A stretch of 64,000 nucleotides of DNA from Ophelia neglecta (lineage: Eukaryota). The stretch spans positions 41,850,001-41,914,000 of the forward strand of contig OZ260664.1 of assembly GCA_965285935.1 (NCBI GenBank), in the 5' to 3' direction. The number at the start of each line of letters is the position of its first letter. Within the stretch, counting starts at the first letter, position 1. This document shows positions 43,801-58,800 of this stretch, in pieces. The notes under the pieces are model-generated. The model did no database searches, was not told where the DNA came from, and saw only the letters and a list, made by a program, of their open reading frames with translations. The translations under genes were made by a program, and so were the position numbers.

Positions 43801-46800
43801 GGCTCTATCAATGCAGTGTTAAGAGCACTGAGTTTTGATGCTTTAGAAATATTCCCAATTATATATCTTGTTAAAATACGCTCTTTTAACTGGTTAACGT
43901 ATAAATTTCGAATAACAGTGGAATTATCACAATACTTTTGCACGCTAATTTACTCAGAAATTGGATTGGTAGTTATAAGAAATGTCCATATAACATTTAA
44001 CACGTTCCGTTGTAACTTTACACATTCAAATTTTGTCAGAGTTTGGGCAAATTCCTATATTAAACCTCCAGGTGATTTCTTTTTGGCAATATTTAAACCC
44101 TAATTACCTACTTTGCAAAACACCTACGTATCCCTCTCATGAGAATATGTAATTCTGTACATTAGGCGATTGTCACATTAGGTATCATCCAAGGTTATAT
44201 TATATTAAATAATCAATAAACATTCATATATATATAAACATTATTACATACATAAATGAGCGCATCCATGCTGCCTGAGTAGAACTTGCCGGAGCCAATG
44301 TTCCAGCTTTATAAAGTCTCTGTTGTATATGCGACAGACGTCTTCTTCTTAAATCTGCCGGTTCTATCCTTAGAAGACGTCCCCGCTTATACCCTCCGTC
44401 TTTTAGGTAAATAGTACTATTATATTTTAGTATATTTTACTTATTTTTTTAAGTTATAATTCCGGTCGGATGCTGATCCTTCCTCCTATCAATGCCTACG
44501 AGACCGTAGAACTACATGGCCTGACTCAGGGAGTGGACCTATCCGGAACCAAAATAACTGCTACAGGCCGCATTGCCGTGTGGACCGGAAACATCCTAAC
44601 AGACGTGGGCCCAGGGCAGCTCCTGGACCACACCGTGGAACAGCTGCCGCCTGTCACCACCTTCGGTCGAGAGTTCTATGTGGCTCCTGCCCCGGGAGAT
44701 ACCTCCATGGCAGGCGTTACCGTCAACATCTTGTCTGGACAGGTAGGAAAACCAATGTCTTCACTCAGCGTCAGGGGCAATCAACAAAAGCTTGATTTTT
44801 GGTTGTTTGCGGGCCTTAAGGCCACAGTATGCTGATAACTTCGGCTCGATTTAATGCAGAAGTTTTGATCTCCGAGTTAAAATGTCTGTCGGGTATCCAG
44901 TCCTGATTTACGTAGTAATTATGCTTTTGATTATCTTTTAACTATAAAATAAAAACATGAAAGGACATCAGGAGAAGGTCAGAGGGTATTGATGATCGTT
45001 TGCGGAACTAAAGGAATATGTATTTGAAATTTAATTTGATAATTAAATGTTTTAAGTAACAACTAACAAATAGCTTACTGATACAAATGAACAAATTCAT
45101 AGCCTATTTAGGTAAAAACGTTTTTTCCCAATAAAATGATATGCCATATAGGTCTATATGATGAATTCTATTGGTAAAAAATGTTTAATTACGTTATGCG
45201 AACACATTTGATTAGCAACGTTAGAGTAACGGTGGAGTTTAGACTGTAACCGGCTAGTATACTCTCCTCAGATGTTGTGGCAATATGGCACACTAAGAAA
45301 TCCATACAAAATCCCTTTCTAAGCGTTTCCGGTATCTCTTTCAGGATAGTAACCAAATAACGGCCAAATCAGCTTCCAGTGAGTATCTGACTTCAGCCAT
45401 TTCCCTTGCTGGGGAGAGTGTGGAATTTGGCGCTACGGATGGTCAGTTCGTCCGTATTGTCACCAGCGCCCCGGCGATGGTTACTGCTTACCCTAGGGCC
45501 GGTTCCCCTGGAGACCTCAACAAACCAGCACAGATCTTAATATCTCCCAGGCAACAATGGATGAGCACCTACACGTTTGTTGTTCCGGAAAACAAAGCCG
45601 GGTGGGTGATGAAGATGTTTCTTTCTATCTTTCCATGCAGTTGAACGCTTATTTAAAGACGACCTTTTTTTTTATCAAATTAAACTTTATTAAAAGTACA
45701 TGCTGATTTATGCTTACATAATAATAAGTAACTACATGTACATAATAATAATGGATTTTCCCAGGAAAAGGCGGCATAAGTCTTTTGGTACCATTATTAC
45801 TTTCGTTCAAACTTATTTATTGAAGAGTATAAGCCCCTATACGGTTACAATGTTACGTGGCTTTATTATAAGAAGCATTCAAATCTTAGATCGCCGAGTT
45901 TCACTAACTACCTGATGTTGATTTCGGACACAAACTCGGTGTCTGAGTTAAGAATTAATGGTAATCCGGTGGAAACAACGGGCTGGACGACAATTGTTGA
46001 CTCATCTCTCTCTGGAAAAACAATTGAAGTCGGCGGCGGATTTAATCAGGTATGCATCTATATGATATAAAGCGTCTTCTAGTCTGGTACAAACATGGTA
46101 TATTTTTTTTATAATTAAGTGAATGCATAACTTTGTTTTTTTTAGTTGGCTTTCCTGTCAATTCATACTGATTTGCTATATTTCTTCAGTTGCGGTTTCT
46201 TTATTATTCTCATTTATTCAACATGTTATGATCTGGGTCGGTTCCATCAAAGACATTTCAAATAGACATATGTTAAATGTTAATTTCTACAAGCAACGAT
46301 TGAAGCATTCATTTTACTCCAAAATACGAGGAAGCGTTAAATCGGATAACATCTCTGAGCCAAGGTTCCTTTTAACATTAAAGGTTTGGCATCAGAATGT
46401 GGGTCAGGTGTTTGGAGCCACGGTGTACGGACGTTCTCCTTCCGGTTGCGCGTATGGTTATCCTGCAGGCATGTGCCTGAAAACCATTGCTTCGGTGAGT
46501 CTCTTTCTTTATTCTCATGTACGCATCTTAATAATTACCGGGAGGATAAAAACACACTTTTCTTTACCCCTTTTACATATATTACAAGATATACATCTTC
46601 TCACGTCAATTAGAAAAGAGAAACTTTGATTCTATTTACATTTTACAATTAAACTTTAATATAGGCCTGTTCAAAAAAGGATTCTGAGGCTAAAAAAGCG
46701 TACATATTTGCTTCACTTGTGCCTTCTTGAAATTAGTAAATATGATATTGTGCCACGGAGTTTCAAAGGTCTCGACCTCTCTCTCTCTCTTCGTTTTGAA

Positions 46801-49800
46801 GCAACCAGAAGGTGGCTTAGTCTGCCCGAACCCTTCCATCACTGAGAAAATTATTGACCCAACGACCTGTTCTTCTTATTACGTGTGCGCCTTTGGACGG
46901 CTGCTCAAGCAAGATTGCCCATCAACGTATGAGTTTAGCCCTGTAGTGCGCACTTGTGTTCCTGCTCAGCAAGCCTTCTGTCAACCTGACTGTAAGTACT
47001 GGGCAGCTTGTTCTGTTTCTTTAGTCCAATAAATCATGACAGGGGACTGGGTGTTGATTAAGTTGACTACTTAGGCCACCGTACCATAACGATATTCAGA
47101 AATGCTTTAATGTCATCACTTTTTACTAAGATATACAATTATTAATGCACTTGAACAGATTCAGATTGCTAGTTATCTCTTCATTTCATGGACAATACAG
47201 CAGCTGAAAATTTGCCATCACTTGGCGCACATAATGCCCCTATAGTCTCATGAGAACTCTTTTTCTCGACTATAGTCTTTTCACTAACGACAAAAATGTC
47301 AACATCCGGTAATGATAGCAGCACACTATTCAGCTACAGCAACAAAAAATTATATCATATAAGTGCCACCTGTTTTATATGATAACCTCAAATAAAACAC
47401 AATACTGTAACATATCTATGGTGTTCAGGAATATTACTGTTCACAAATTGAAACCTGTATTTCAGATAACATAAAAAGAGGCTTCGTAACTGGCTAGCCA
47501 ATTATAACCGATTATATAATTATGACTCGTTTCAAAACAGCAAATAGCAATTTAATGCTTACTCCTTGGTTGGCAGTTCTCCTATACGGCAATATAGATT
47601 TGTTATCATGTCCAAGTGTAATCACATCGATAAGTAATACTTCTTCTTCCTCTATTTAAGCAAGTAAGCACAAGTGGGAAGTATAATTCCATTGTTTTTT
47701 CATTATGTTTGGTTCAAGCATTCAGTAGCATCGCTGCCTAGAAGGGTGCACAACTCTTTCAATACGCTGCTGTCCAATGAACATTATAATGCAGAATGTT
47801 CCGATTTCCTGCCCAATGTTCATATGTCAACAACGCCTACACGACACATTAACGCATTATATTTCCAGTGCCTGAGGGTTCTGAAGAAGGGAGACGTTAC
47901 CACATCGCATTGCCCATAACAGAATCAGGAGCAGAATTGAGTTTCCTCACTTATAGTGATACCCCAGTTCAAGTTCAGTTCACCACCAGTTTCGGAGTCA
48001 CTCTACCACCCCTAACTCTTCAAAGGGGAGTGATGACCGATCCCATTCTCATCCCGGCCACCTACACCGTCCCAACCAATGATTTTGCTGTAAACGGAGG
48101 TTTGCACCTCTCTGAAAACTTAACAGAAATGCACACTTTAATTTTAGATTAATAGCATGATTTAAAGTCAGCAATGTTAATGTAATAAAATGTGTGCTTT
48201 ACATGAATAGTATTCATCTTATCTACTCGTACATCTTGCACATTTATAATTACTGGACTATTCTAGATTAAGGATTTGGTTTTGTATGACAGGTATTCAC
48301 TCCCTTTTTCTGATGATCGTTTTCTTTTAGTTGAGGTCCTGGCATCAGCCGATGTGGTTGCCTATGTCACGGAGCGGGGGATAGGATCTTGCTCGGATTA
48401 CAAGCCCTTGCCATTCTTTTTTTGGCGTCCGACATTTTACGTCTTATCGCCAATGCCAGAGGGCACATCCCGAACAGAGGTAATCATGACTGGACAAAAG
48501 AACTCTTCATTTGCCGAGGTTATACTTCGTTCGACTGCGAGTGTCAACTTCCAAGGAAATCAGTACAACTCTGGCTCGAGGTTGTTTATCCCTGTAAGTA
48601 TTTTTATTCTCCTGTCGTTGTCAATTAAATTCGGTATTAATTCTATCAACTGTTCATGGTTTTATTTTTACTCTTAATTCAAGACGTTAAGCACCATGTA
48701 CGTGGGCATAATTGTTTTTTCATGACTGAGACAGATTTTTGCTTCGCTTTCACATTGCAGCTTTATTCCTTTACGCACACTCTTTTTGCCCGCATACTCT
48801 ATTCTAATGGAGACATGTCCGGCACCTACATATTTGGCGTAGCGGACGCCTTGATCACGGTGGTAGTGTCAGCAACTAAGACTACTATTGGAGGCAACTC
48901 AGTCACCGATGAAGCCATTTCCTCTATGATACCAGTGGACAGTTGGAGCAGAAATTTTACCATACCATCTATTCCAGGAAGTAGCGAGGGCTATTACATC
49001 AAAGTAAGAATGAGTAGGCTTTATGTGTAGGCTGAACGTAAACCGGCGTTATGATACAGACTATTTTGTCAAATACGATCATCAGTCGGTACCTGTCCAA
49101 AAACTTTGAAAATTTTACTACGTGCATGTGTTAGGTATAAAACTTTCCTCTACTGCTTATTGTTGGTTTTTTCAGATTATTTCAAACAGGGCATTGACTT
49201 TGAAAAATAGTGCTAACAACCAAGAATATACAACATCAGCCGGAGTACCCTTGCAAATCGACATGAGCAATATGCCCACACGTCTTACCGCCTCTGAACC
49301 GATGATGGTAATGCAACTCATCAAGAGCCCCTTCACATCACCAATGACAGCAGCCCCGTCTTCCAACATGATACCGGGAGAGAGCATGTTCGTTCACTTT
49401 TCTTTTTATTCTAACTCATTAATACATACACTGATGCAAGTGTCTACGTGCAACTGACAGTCGCTTATTGGAATCTGCATTTATTTACATGTTCAAATTT
49501 CAAATATGGGTGGCATGATACTTGCAAGACGAGTTTATTATTACAGAAGTGTATTTGTAAGTTACATTCATAAGTAATGTCCTGCGTTACTAAAGCCATC
49601 TGTGTACCCCTTCTTTGTCAAGGATATGCAGGATTTTAAATTATATCACCTAAACCTTTTCATCAATAAAATGGGTTAAGTTTTGTCACTAATGACCCTC
49701 CCTCGGTAATCCACAATAAGTTTGTATGTAATTCCCATCGTATACAGAAAATACAAACGGTAGTTAAAATGGGGCGTGTTTATTATGGACTTACAGGTGG

Positions 49801-52800
49801 TTTGATGACTATGTATTCAACTCGCATACATCTACCACAGCATACACCAACTATGTGCTTATAGCAATCCAATGGAACAAAGTGGTTGGCCTTCAACTAG
49901 ATGTGCAACAGGTACCATACCGAACTTTATGTAACACATAGCTTTATATATTTATAACCCATTATATGTGACATCTTCAGCCATTTCTAGTTTACTGATA
50001 AAACATGTCCTCTGTAATTGACAAGGATTTAAGTAAATTTGTTTAGTTTCCAAAGTTGCTTCTTTGAAAATGCTCAAACCTCATCCAATACGTTAACACT
50101 CAGATTTCAAGCGGAGAAAGCCACCCTTTTATGTTATGTGGCCGTACACGTATCATAACATTTAACTATTTCTTCATTTACAAGCTTGACGCTAATAACT
50201 GGATACTCCTGAATAACACTGACCCTCAGATGGCTGTCCGAAATATCAGGCTTGCTGATGGACCACATAGGTAAATATATCAGAGGATTGTGGATTTGCA
50301 GCAGACAGCTTCTGGTGATTTCAGACCAGATAAATGGACTTATAGTGATTCACCGACTTTGCTTTGTCTGTCGGATATCATACACTCCCGTTTACTTTCA
50401 AGCGATATTCCTAAATAGCTTAACTTATATGTTTTATATGCATAATTGGCATGTCCTCAATAAAGCCACGCTCTTGTCGTGTACTTGTATGTATGTATCC
50501 CATCAAGATATTGCATTCACTTGTATTATGGATTATATTGGATCTTTGATTATTAACAGATTGAAGCACTTAACCAGCGAGCCTTTCATGGCCTGGCAGT
50601 ACCATATTGTCACAGGCGGCTGTAATAAGATAAGTCCCATCAACATGAAGCACCCATTTGCGGTATGTCAGCTTGTTCATCATACAAAAAAACGGAACAA
50701 TAATAAAAAAGAAGATATGTGCAATAAGTGCCTATAATTTAAATATCATTACCTTTTTAGAAAAATTACCCATGCAAATTCAATAAGTAAATTTTAAAAT
50801 CCGTAGAATGCACTTATGCTAGTCATTGTTTTTTCTCCAAATAGCGTAATAGCAGTATTACGACCCAGACACCCCCAGGAGTGGCTGGTACCCCTGGACT
50901 GGGGGTTACCGGAGGCGCCGGGTTCACCTCAGGAGTTGGGGTCACTGCAGGAATTGGGGGCACGCAAGGAGTTGGGCCTAACATTGGGGGCACTCCAGGA
51001 ATAGGGGGCGCTCCAGGAATAGGGGCAACAGGTGAAGTTTTAAAACCATTGTTTCAATGCCAATTTTACCTGACTAAGCTGTGTCAGTCGGGCGTCATGT
51101 TTCTTGCCCGAGTCCTCAGGAACATGGATCATAGTTTTTGGATTCTTATACACGGGTCCATTGTCCCTAACTATTTAACACGCGATATAACAGTTGCTTT
51201 CGATTTTCTGTATTTTCTGAGCATGATAGGGAAAATAGTGCGGGGAACAGGATAATCTAAAGGACATAGCTGAGCATTTCTAAAAAGTTAAAATCCTTTG
51301 TCGATGGTAGTAACTCTTGTTCTTCTAGTGGGGATGAATACTTTGAGAATCTCCTACTGTCAAGACGGCTTCATATTTTAATAGGTCGTTCGAGTATGAA
51401 GCGATCTCCTTACCGAAATAATATGATGATGGCAGTGTGAAAATCTTATTTTGATGAGACACATGGTATTGTAATCGATGATGAGACCATTCTGCTGCAT
51501 ATTTTTTGTGCGAGCGACCTGACTTTGAAGGCTGATTCTGTCGGAGGCCTTCAAACTCAGGTTAATGGCCTTTAAGTTTTCTGTGCCAACAAATGAAAGT
51601 TGATGAGCTGAAAACAAATTACATAAAATTTGGTAAGCCTGATGTTTGGACTTAATTAAGTTGGTAAGCATTTTCATTAGGAAACTTCACAAGGATCCTA
51701 GAAAAACTACACTTGACAAGAGATCAAAGCTTTCTTAAGTCTGTAAGTTCGCCATCTTCACTCTTATTTTATCTCGATCTCTACCATTTCTGTTATGATA
51801 TGGTATGTCTAAAAATGGCGAAGGGTATAGATACTACCTGTAGTAGTAACGAGTAGTATGTGTGTCTTTTAAACCATACTGCATCAGCAGTTGCATGTTT
51901 GACTGCTGTCAATGGGCACAGCGACTCGACCAGCCAGTAATTGGAGACATCTTCTTATAAAACATGACCCCCAAATATTAACATATATTGCAGAGTGGTC
52001 GATTTTTTATAATAGTGTCATTTTGCATTGAAAAGTAGTCAACATTTTGCCATGATGTGAGTAGACAGATAGTAGAAACGAGTCCGTGGCCAACGTAAGA
52101 AGGAATTGAGATATACCCTTGCAGCGTGTCTAGTGGACTAAGCTTACTTATAATTGTGAAAGGTGCACTATTAATAGCTTTGTCCGAATAGACACAAGAC
52201 AAGAGAAGGATTAAAAGTTCGTTAAGGAGGAAAATGGTGTTACTCCACCTAGCTATGGCGTTATCTTACTACATATGTAAAGTGAACCGGTCCCGCTTCT
52301 ATTGTGACTACACATGTGCATCTACAACGCATGTTGTTATAACAGGTGAAGCAGATACGCGTGGTCTCTATCCTTAGTATGAGCGGAATAGATCATTCCG
52401 CGTCAAAATGTTTTACTGCGTACGTGTTAAGATAATGGCAGCTTGAAGCTAAACATACAGAGTTTAAAGGACAGTCATTGGTTGCATATTGACTCTCATT
52501 TCCCAAATGGAATCCTTTATAGGATATCATAGGTCCTCGAGCTATGCGTTATACTACGATAAACTGCTGGAATATTATGCAAATTTGGTAAAGGCACGTT
52601 TAGGGCTACTGCTTAAATCATGACAGTACTTAACTTATGCGGACAGCAAGCGTCTTTTGCAACAATCAGACAGAATGGCACATGATTTTACAACAGTTAA
52701 GCGTCTTGAAGTATTCACCCCGTATTCTAGGAAAATAGGTATATTGCAATTAAAGAATGGGAAGTGTATTACTGGAAATATAATCTCATTCGGCATAGTA

Positions 52801-55800
52801 TTTAAATACGTGAACTAACATGTAAATGTCGATATTTGTCTTTTAAGAGAAATATACATGTATCGAATACAGTAACGAAGACGATCTTGCGGATTCCTTC
52901 TGCACATTGAGCAGGACCTTAGGTGAAACTATATGATGTATATGTTTACGTCCCACAGGTGGTGCATCATTTACCGGAATAGCCGGAACTACAACACCCA
53001 CTACGATTTCCACAAGCGCCGCAGCAATTATCCCGCCAGTCGGTACGTCATTATTATGTCATTAGAATTAGAACACATATTCTTTGAATAACCTGTGCTA
53101 TTTGGTCTTTCACCTTATGCTTTATAAAGATTACGTCAATTATTAAAACGAATTGTCTTGTTAAGTTTTATATGTTACTTTTTAATGAGAAAAGAGGAAA
53201 GAACATTTCCACCGTGTTTTCCAATTTTATTATATGATATTTGGCAACGTTGCTTCGATCATTGTGGTGTGTCCAGCCGAGTATTGCGTACTTAAAATGA
53301 TTTTCCTTTCATGTTCAACTTGTACATTTTGTAACTATTTCAATACCTAGATCCAAACGATAGATCGACATACGGCACGCGTTTCGTTCTGCCAGTTTCG
53401 GACACTACCAGCACAAGTCCATTGGTGGTATACGTAACAAATCCTGGAAATCAAAACTACATTGTTAAACTTTCACCAGCAAATACTGAAACCAACTTCC
53501 AATGGACCCCTTTCACTACCACCGTAAGTTTCGTTTGGCATTTATGCTCAAATGTCCCTAAAAGTAGGTTTCCCCTTTAGAAAATATGAGTCTACTCACA
53601 AAAAAAAGGTAAAACCTTTAGAATACAAGGGTTGTATTGTTTCGTTTAGTTGCATTACGTTGTTCTTTATTTTTAATCAAAACAGATTCCAGCAGGAACG
53701 TCTATGGCAGTAACCTTACCCCCAAACGCGCGGCGAACTGACATTTTGGTAAACAATCCATTCCTTGTTTAGTTTTGAAACAAATACATAGGGCATGAGC
53801 TTCACGTTTACATATGTGTTATATTTAATTTTCAGTGATAGTTTGAGAAATTAGTCACTATCGATCGTCGTTTTGTGCACTTTTTCCACATGAATAACAT
53901 TCTTTTTATTAAAAGAATGTAACACTTTGTAGGTTGAGTCTGGGTTTCCTATGCTAGCTCAGTTGTATGATCCAGGTTCGTGTGCCATATACACCGCCCT
54001 GCCAGTATCCGCCGTCAATCCTGGCATGGGACAAACACAGGTAAAAACGTCGCAAATATGTAAACACTTCGGTGTCCTGTTTACTCGAAAACTTCACAAT
54101 TTAATATCGGACTTCGAACAGAAGTAGCAATCTTACAAGAACATATATAACATATCACGCGCATTGAAATAAATCATTTCGTCGGTTCATCTTCTAATAA
54201 AGCGTAGTTTGCTTTTAATGCCTTTTTTTCTATACTGACATTACCTTTTTTGATTTATCAGGAGTACCTAGTTACCGGTTACAAACCAGCATTAGGGTCC
54301 AAATCAGTAATAATAGTATCAGCGACAAGTCCTACTGGCAGAACCTATTTTTCGATTTTATTTAAAACTCCAAATGCGAATGACGTAATCACAGTTGTTA
54401 GCACTTCCCTGGATCTAAGCCCAGATATGTGAGTACCCCATTAGTTCTAAAACGACCGTTTTACTACAAGGCATGAGTTAGTGTGCCTTAATTATCATAT
54501 ATACACCACGATAATATCCTTGCATTCATCATGTTAAACATTGGTTATTTTGTTATGTTATGAACCAACTAATATAAACATTCTAGAGAATATGCAGTGG
54601 ATGTAACCGTCACAGAGCCACTTCAAAGATTTGAGTCAACCGCTGATTTGACCGGCACACTGATTACGAACACCATACAACCCGGCGGAGTTCCCATCGT
54701 AGTAACCGTGGCCAACACAGGGCGCACCGCGGTGAGATAATTATTAAACAAACATTACTACGTGTATGGTGTAAGATTCTAGAAAAGTATTTGGTGTTGA
54801 CAGGAAGAACAGTGCACAATCAGCTAAAATGGCATACCAAAAACATGATATTTTTATGATATTTATGCTTTTTTCTGTGAACTTCTTAAGTTTGATTAAT
54901 TCAAAATTTAATAAAATATTATATTATATAATAAATATTTACAATTTCGTTATAACTATGATTAAAGTAATGGTGCATTGTTAAAATTAAGCTACATTTA
55001 TTCTTCTCGTGTTCAACTTTGTATATCATTGCTGGTATTTAAAATTAATGACCAAAATTTCCTGGTATAGATACGAAAAACATATAAGGTAGTTTGCGCC
55101 GGGGCGTTTGACTCATTTCAAATTATTACTTAGGGTTCCCTAGAGCAAAATTATAAGTAGACCAACAATATGTGTATGGAACAAAGCATCCCAACCATTA
55201 CATCTTTGTTATTTGTGATCAGACGTTAGGTTCAACATCGACAGATACAATGACCATTCAGCTGATGCCAGTAATTAATCTTGGCTCTAATTATGTGATA
55301 GCACCAATACCTGAAGTTCCAAACTATGAGGTAAATTTATTTGTATTGATTTATTGTACCTGCTTACGCGCGGTTTCATGGTGTAAATGATCAACTTAAC
55401 CGAAAAGGAAGTTCGTTACTGAGCCAGTAAAAAGGATATAATTTATATCCAATAGTTCAACTTATTAGAGTCATAGATATCTGCAACATTTTAGCCTCGT
55501 TGGTATTTCTTTCTTAAATAATGTTGTTCATTATTGATACATATTTGTTGCTTTGTTTTCTCATACAGAGTTGTTTGTAACGAAAAACATTTGCCTTCTA
55601 GGTCAAAGTATTAAACAGCCAAAGTGACACTGAGGTTATTTACACTACGAGGGCAGACGGCACATCAGAAACTGTGTCTACAACAATTGTTTTAAGTAAC
55701 CAATATACTTATGATATAAGGACCTTTACCGGACCTGTACGGATTTACTCATCTAAACCCATTCAGGTAATAACACGCCGTTGCAAACTATTCGCCTATT

Positions 55801-58800
55801 ATATTATTCACGGCTGTGATTTTATTCGATCAAACTTGCAGGTATTCCCACCCATTTCCTTATTGTTTTCGATTCTAGGTTGTTCAGTATTCTGTCAGTC
55901 AAATTCAATCACGGGCCACTGCCATTTTGATTCCTGCAGTTGAGCAATGGCTTGACGCTTACACAGTCCCTGTACCAGGAGATTCCTTGTTCAGCAGGTA
56001 TATTAACAGAATGTTCTGCTTCACTACGTACTGATACATGTGAAGTCTTCACGCAATCAATAAATTAGTCAAGATTATCTCTCCGCTTGTTGTTGCCATC
56101 GATGAAATTACTGGTATATCATAACACTACACTTTTTGTTAATGTCCCGTTTTACCATTAAGTGATATATTAATTTTATTGCTCGTATTTGGTATCGCAT
56201 TCTTGAATGATATGTGTTCAGAGATATCTTACTGATTCTTTCAATCGCAACAAGCGAGCCATAATGACTTAATGGCGGTTAAGATAATGACAGGTTAAAG
56301 TCTCAATAAATGTTCCAAAATAGTTTTTCTCTTATTCTACATAGATTCGTCCACATATTTGCCCCTGTTGGAAAAGAGAGGACCGTTCTTGTTAATGGTA
56401 GACCCGTTGACCTGTTCCAGACCACAAATAACAAATGGGAGATCATACCGGGATCAAACCCAGCAATCTCCTATATTAGCCTGCGATATGTCACGGTTAG
56501 AACTTATTTGTTATTACCTTTATTTTCCTTTTGTGGAAGTAATTGGTATTTATTGCACTTCTTTTATATATCAACTGTATTTTTAAGGATACCATACATG
56601 TTAACACCACGGTTGGAAACCTGGCCATTGGAGTAATTATAAATGGCCATAAACCTGCTGATTGCTCATATGGATTTCCAGCAGGGTACTCGGCTAAAGG
56701 GGTAAGTAGTAACTGTAAGATCATGGCGTGTCATTTCTATCCCTATCTTAAGCTTATATCTATAGTAAAATGTCCCTGTCTGACTAAGCATATTCAGTTA
56801 GTTTATGTGTTGGGATTTTAACCATAATTATCTAAATTCTTGCAACATCCGAGTTCAATCTTTACATTCTGGGTGTGTGTTTTTTAGGAGATATTCGATG
56901 TTGCCCTTCCGCCATCTACATCAACCACCTCTGGTCCAATCATTGACCCATTTCCTTCAGGTAATACTGCTGTCTCTTTGATAAACAAACTTCAACCAAT
57001 TTTTGTTCAACCCAGCAATGCTTAAAATGATTTTTTGGGTATTTTGTCTTCGTTTAAGTGCAACTGCTTTAATATTCTGTATGCAGTATAAATAACAACG
57101 TTGTTTTGTAAATACCTTTGGAAAAAAGGTGAATTGATTAAGTACGCCGTCTTAGGGGAAAAGCACTTTGTCTTTATATTATTTCTCTAATCGTAAACGC
57201 TCAAGTTGTCATCTCATAACTCCACAATCGCGAGGGGCAATCAAGGTCCCTTAATAAAATCTGCCAGTGAGCATGTGCTTTCAGCTAAAACCTGATTTTT
57301 ATAAGTTTTACTAAAAGGACATGTTCTTTGTCAGGTGTATAGAGCATCAATGAAGTGGCTTTGGAACTATGATCATGTGTGGAAAAATGTTATTAGGAAA
57401 TTGCACAGACCTTTAGTATGTGATAATGTTAAAATTAACTACCTGAAAAAACCGGTTTTTATTTATTCTTATGTATCATCAATTCTATTTTCCTTGTTAG
57501 CCTCTTGTGAGCAGTCAAACATGGGCAAGGAGTTTATAATTGGATTTGCGCAGAATCCAGTGCAAAACATCAAACTACAAGTATATCCTGCATCCGTAGA
57601 AGCTAAGTTCATAACTGTTAACGTTGAAATACCCAACTCATATCCTAAGGTCGAAGAAACCGTCCAAATTACAGGTGGTCAGGTAAATAAAGTGTTATGA
57701 TTATTTCACATTTAGATACTATTCCTAGTATGCCATATATCAGCCAAAGTATATTTTAACCAAGTAATAAAATATATTTTCACATACCTTTTGATAGGTA
57801 GCCAAGTTTGAATTCCCAGCTGATCTTACCGTCAATGGCATCGGCAGAAGTTCCAATGTGGCTGTTAAGATTCACGCATCTGCAAACATTGGGCTTTTTG
57901 CAGTCAGTCAAGTAAGAATAGCCAGCCGAGCTTGAATCCTTACTTCGACCATGTTTATTCACTGCCCTATGCTATCTTGATATAAAAATTAAAAGAAATG
58001 TATGCAACATGGCAACAAAACGGGTTCTTTTCACTAAACACTACCGAAAGACCATCTCTTTCAACAAAAGTAGAGATTTTCTTCATGATCATTTATGAAC
58101 ACGAAATATACATGGGGTGGGTGCGGGCGTGCTTGTATAGATATTGATATTAAAAAGTATATCAACATTTTCTACCGCCTATGTAGCAAACGATGTTTGC
58201 TTTTTAAGTACCTACCACAGTCCATTATCAATAAATCTTCATTGTATACAGGGAATGGGATCATGCGATGGGTATATGGCATATCCAGTTTTCACCTTGG
58301 GGCAGGCAGCAGCAGGATACACTTACTATACCCTCAGTCATTTCTCCATCAACTCCGGACTAAGTCAGGTGACATTTGTCTCTCCGTACAGCGGCACCAA
58401 TGTTGACATCACTCTCTCCCGTACCGCCGCCGCTATGAATTTCCCAGGGGATGTGGTCAGTATCTTCGTAATATATGTTTCATGTTGGATAAACCCTTCT
58501 GTTCAAGATTTTTATCATATTAACACCAGTCATTTAACTTACAAATGTATTTTTCATTAATTAAAACAGTCAATCTACAGTGGAGGAAGCGTCAAGAAAT
58601 ATATCAATTTGCCCGCTTATGAAGTGGTACAGCTACAGAATCGAGGCGACCTCTCCGGCACCCGTCTGCTGTCAAACTACCCCATTGCAGTTGTGGTCGG
58701 TAACACAAATACTCGGTTGCCTGGAAGCCCGTCTACCTCAGACTCCAGTCACCTCGCTGGTATGGTCCCTCCCCTTCAACTGCTAGGGCGCAACCATTTC

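Noticed and set aside
51378-51677. 99-aa minus-strand ORF inside the Gly-linker intron
   Set aside because: No recognisable domain; possibly decayed repeat sequence but unsupported.
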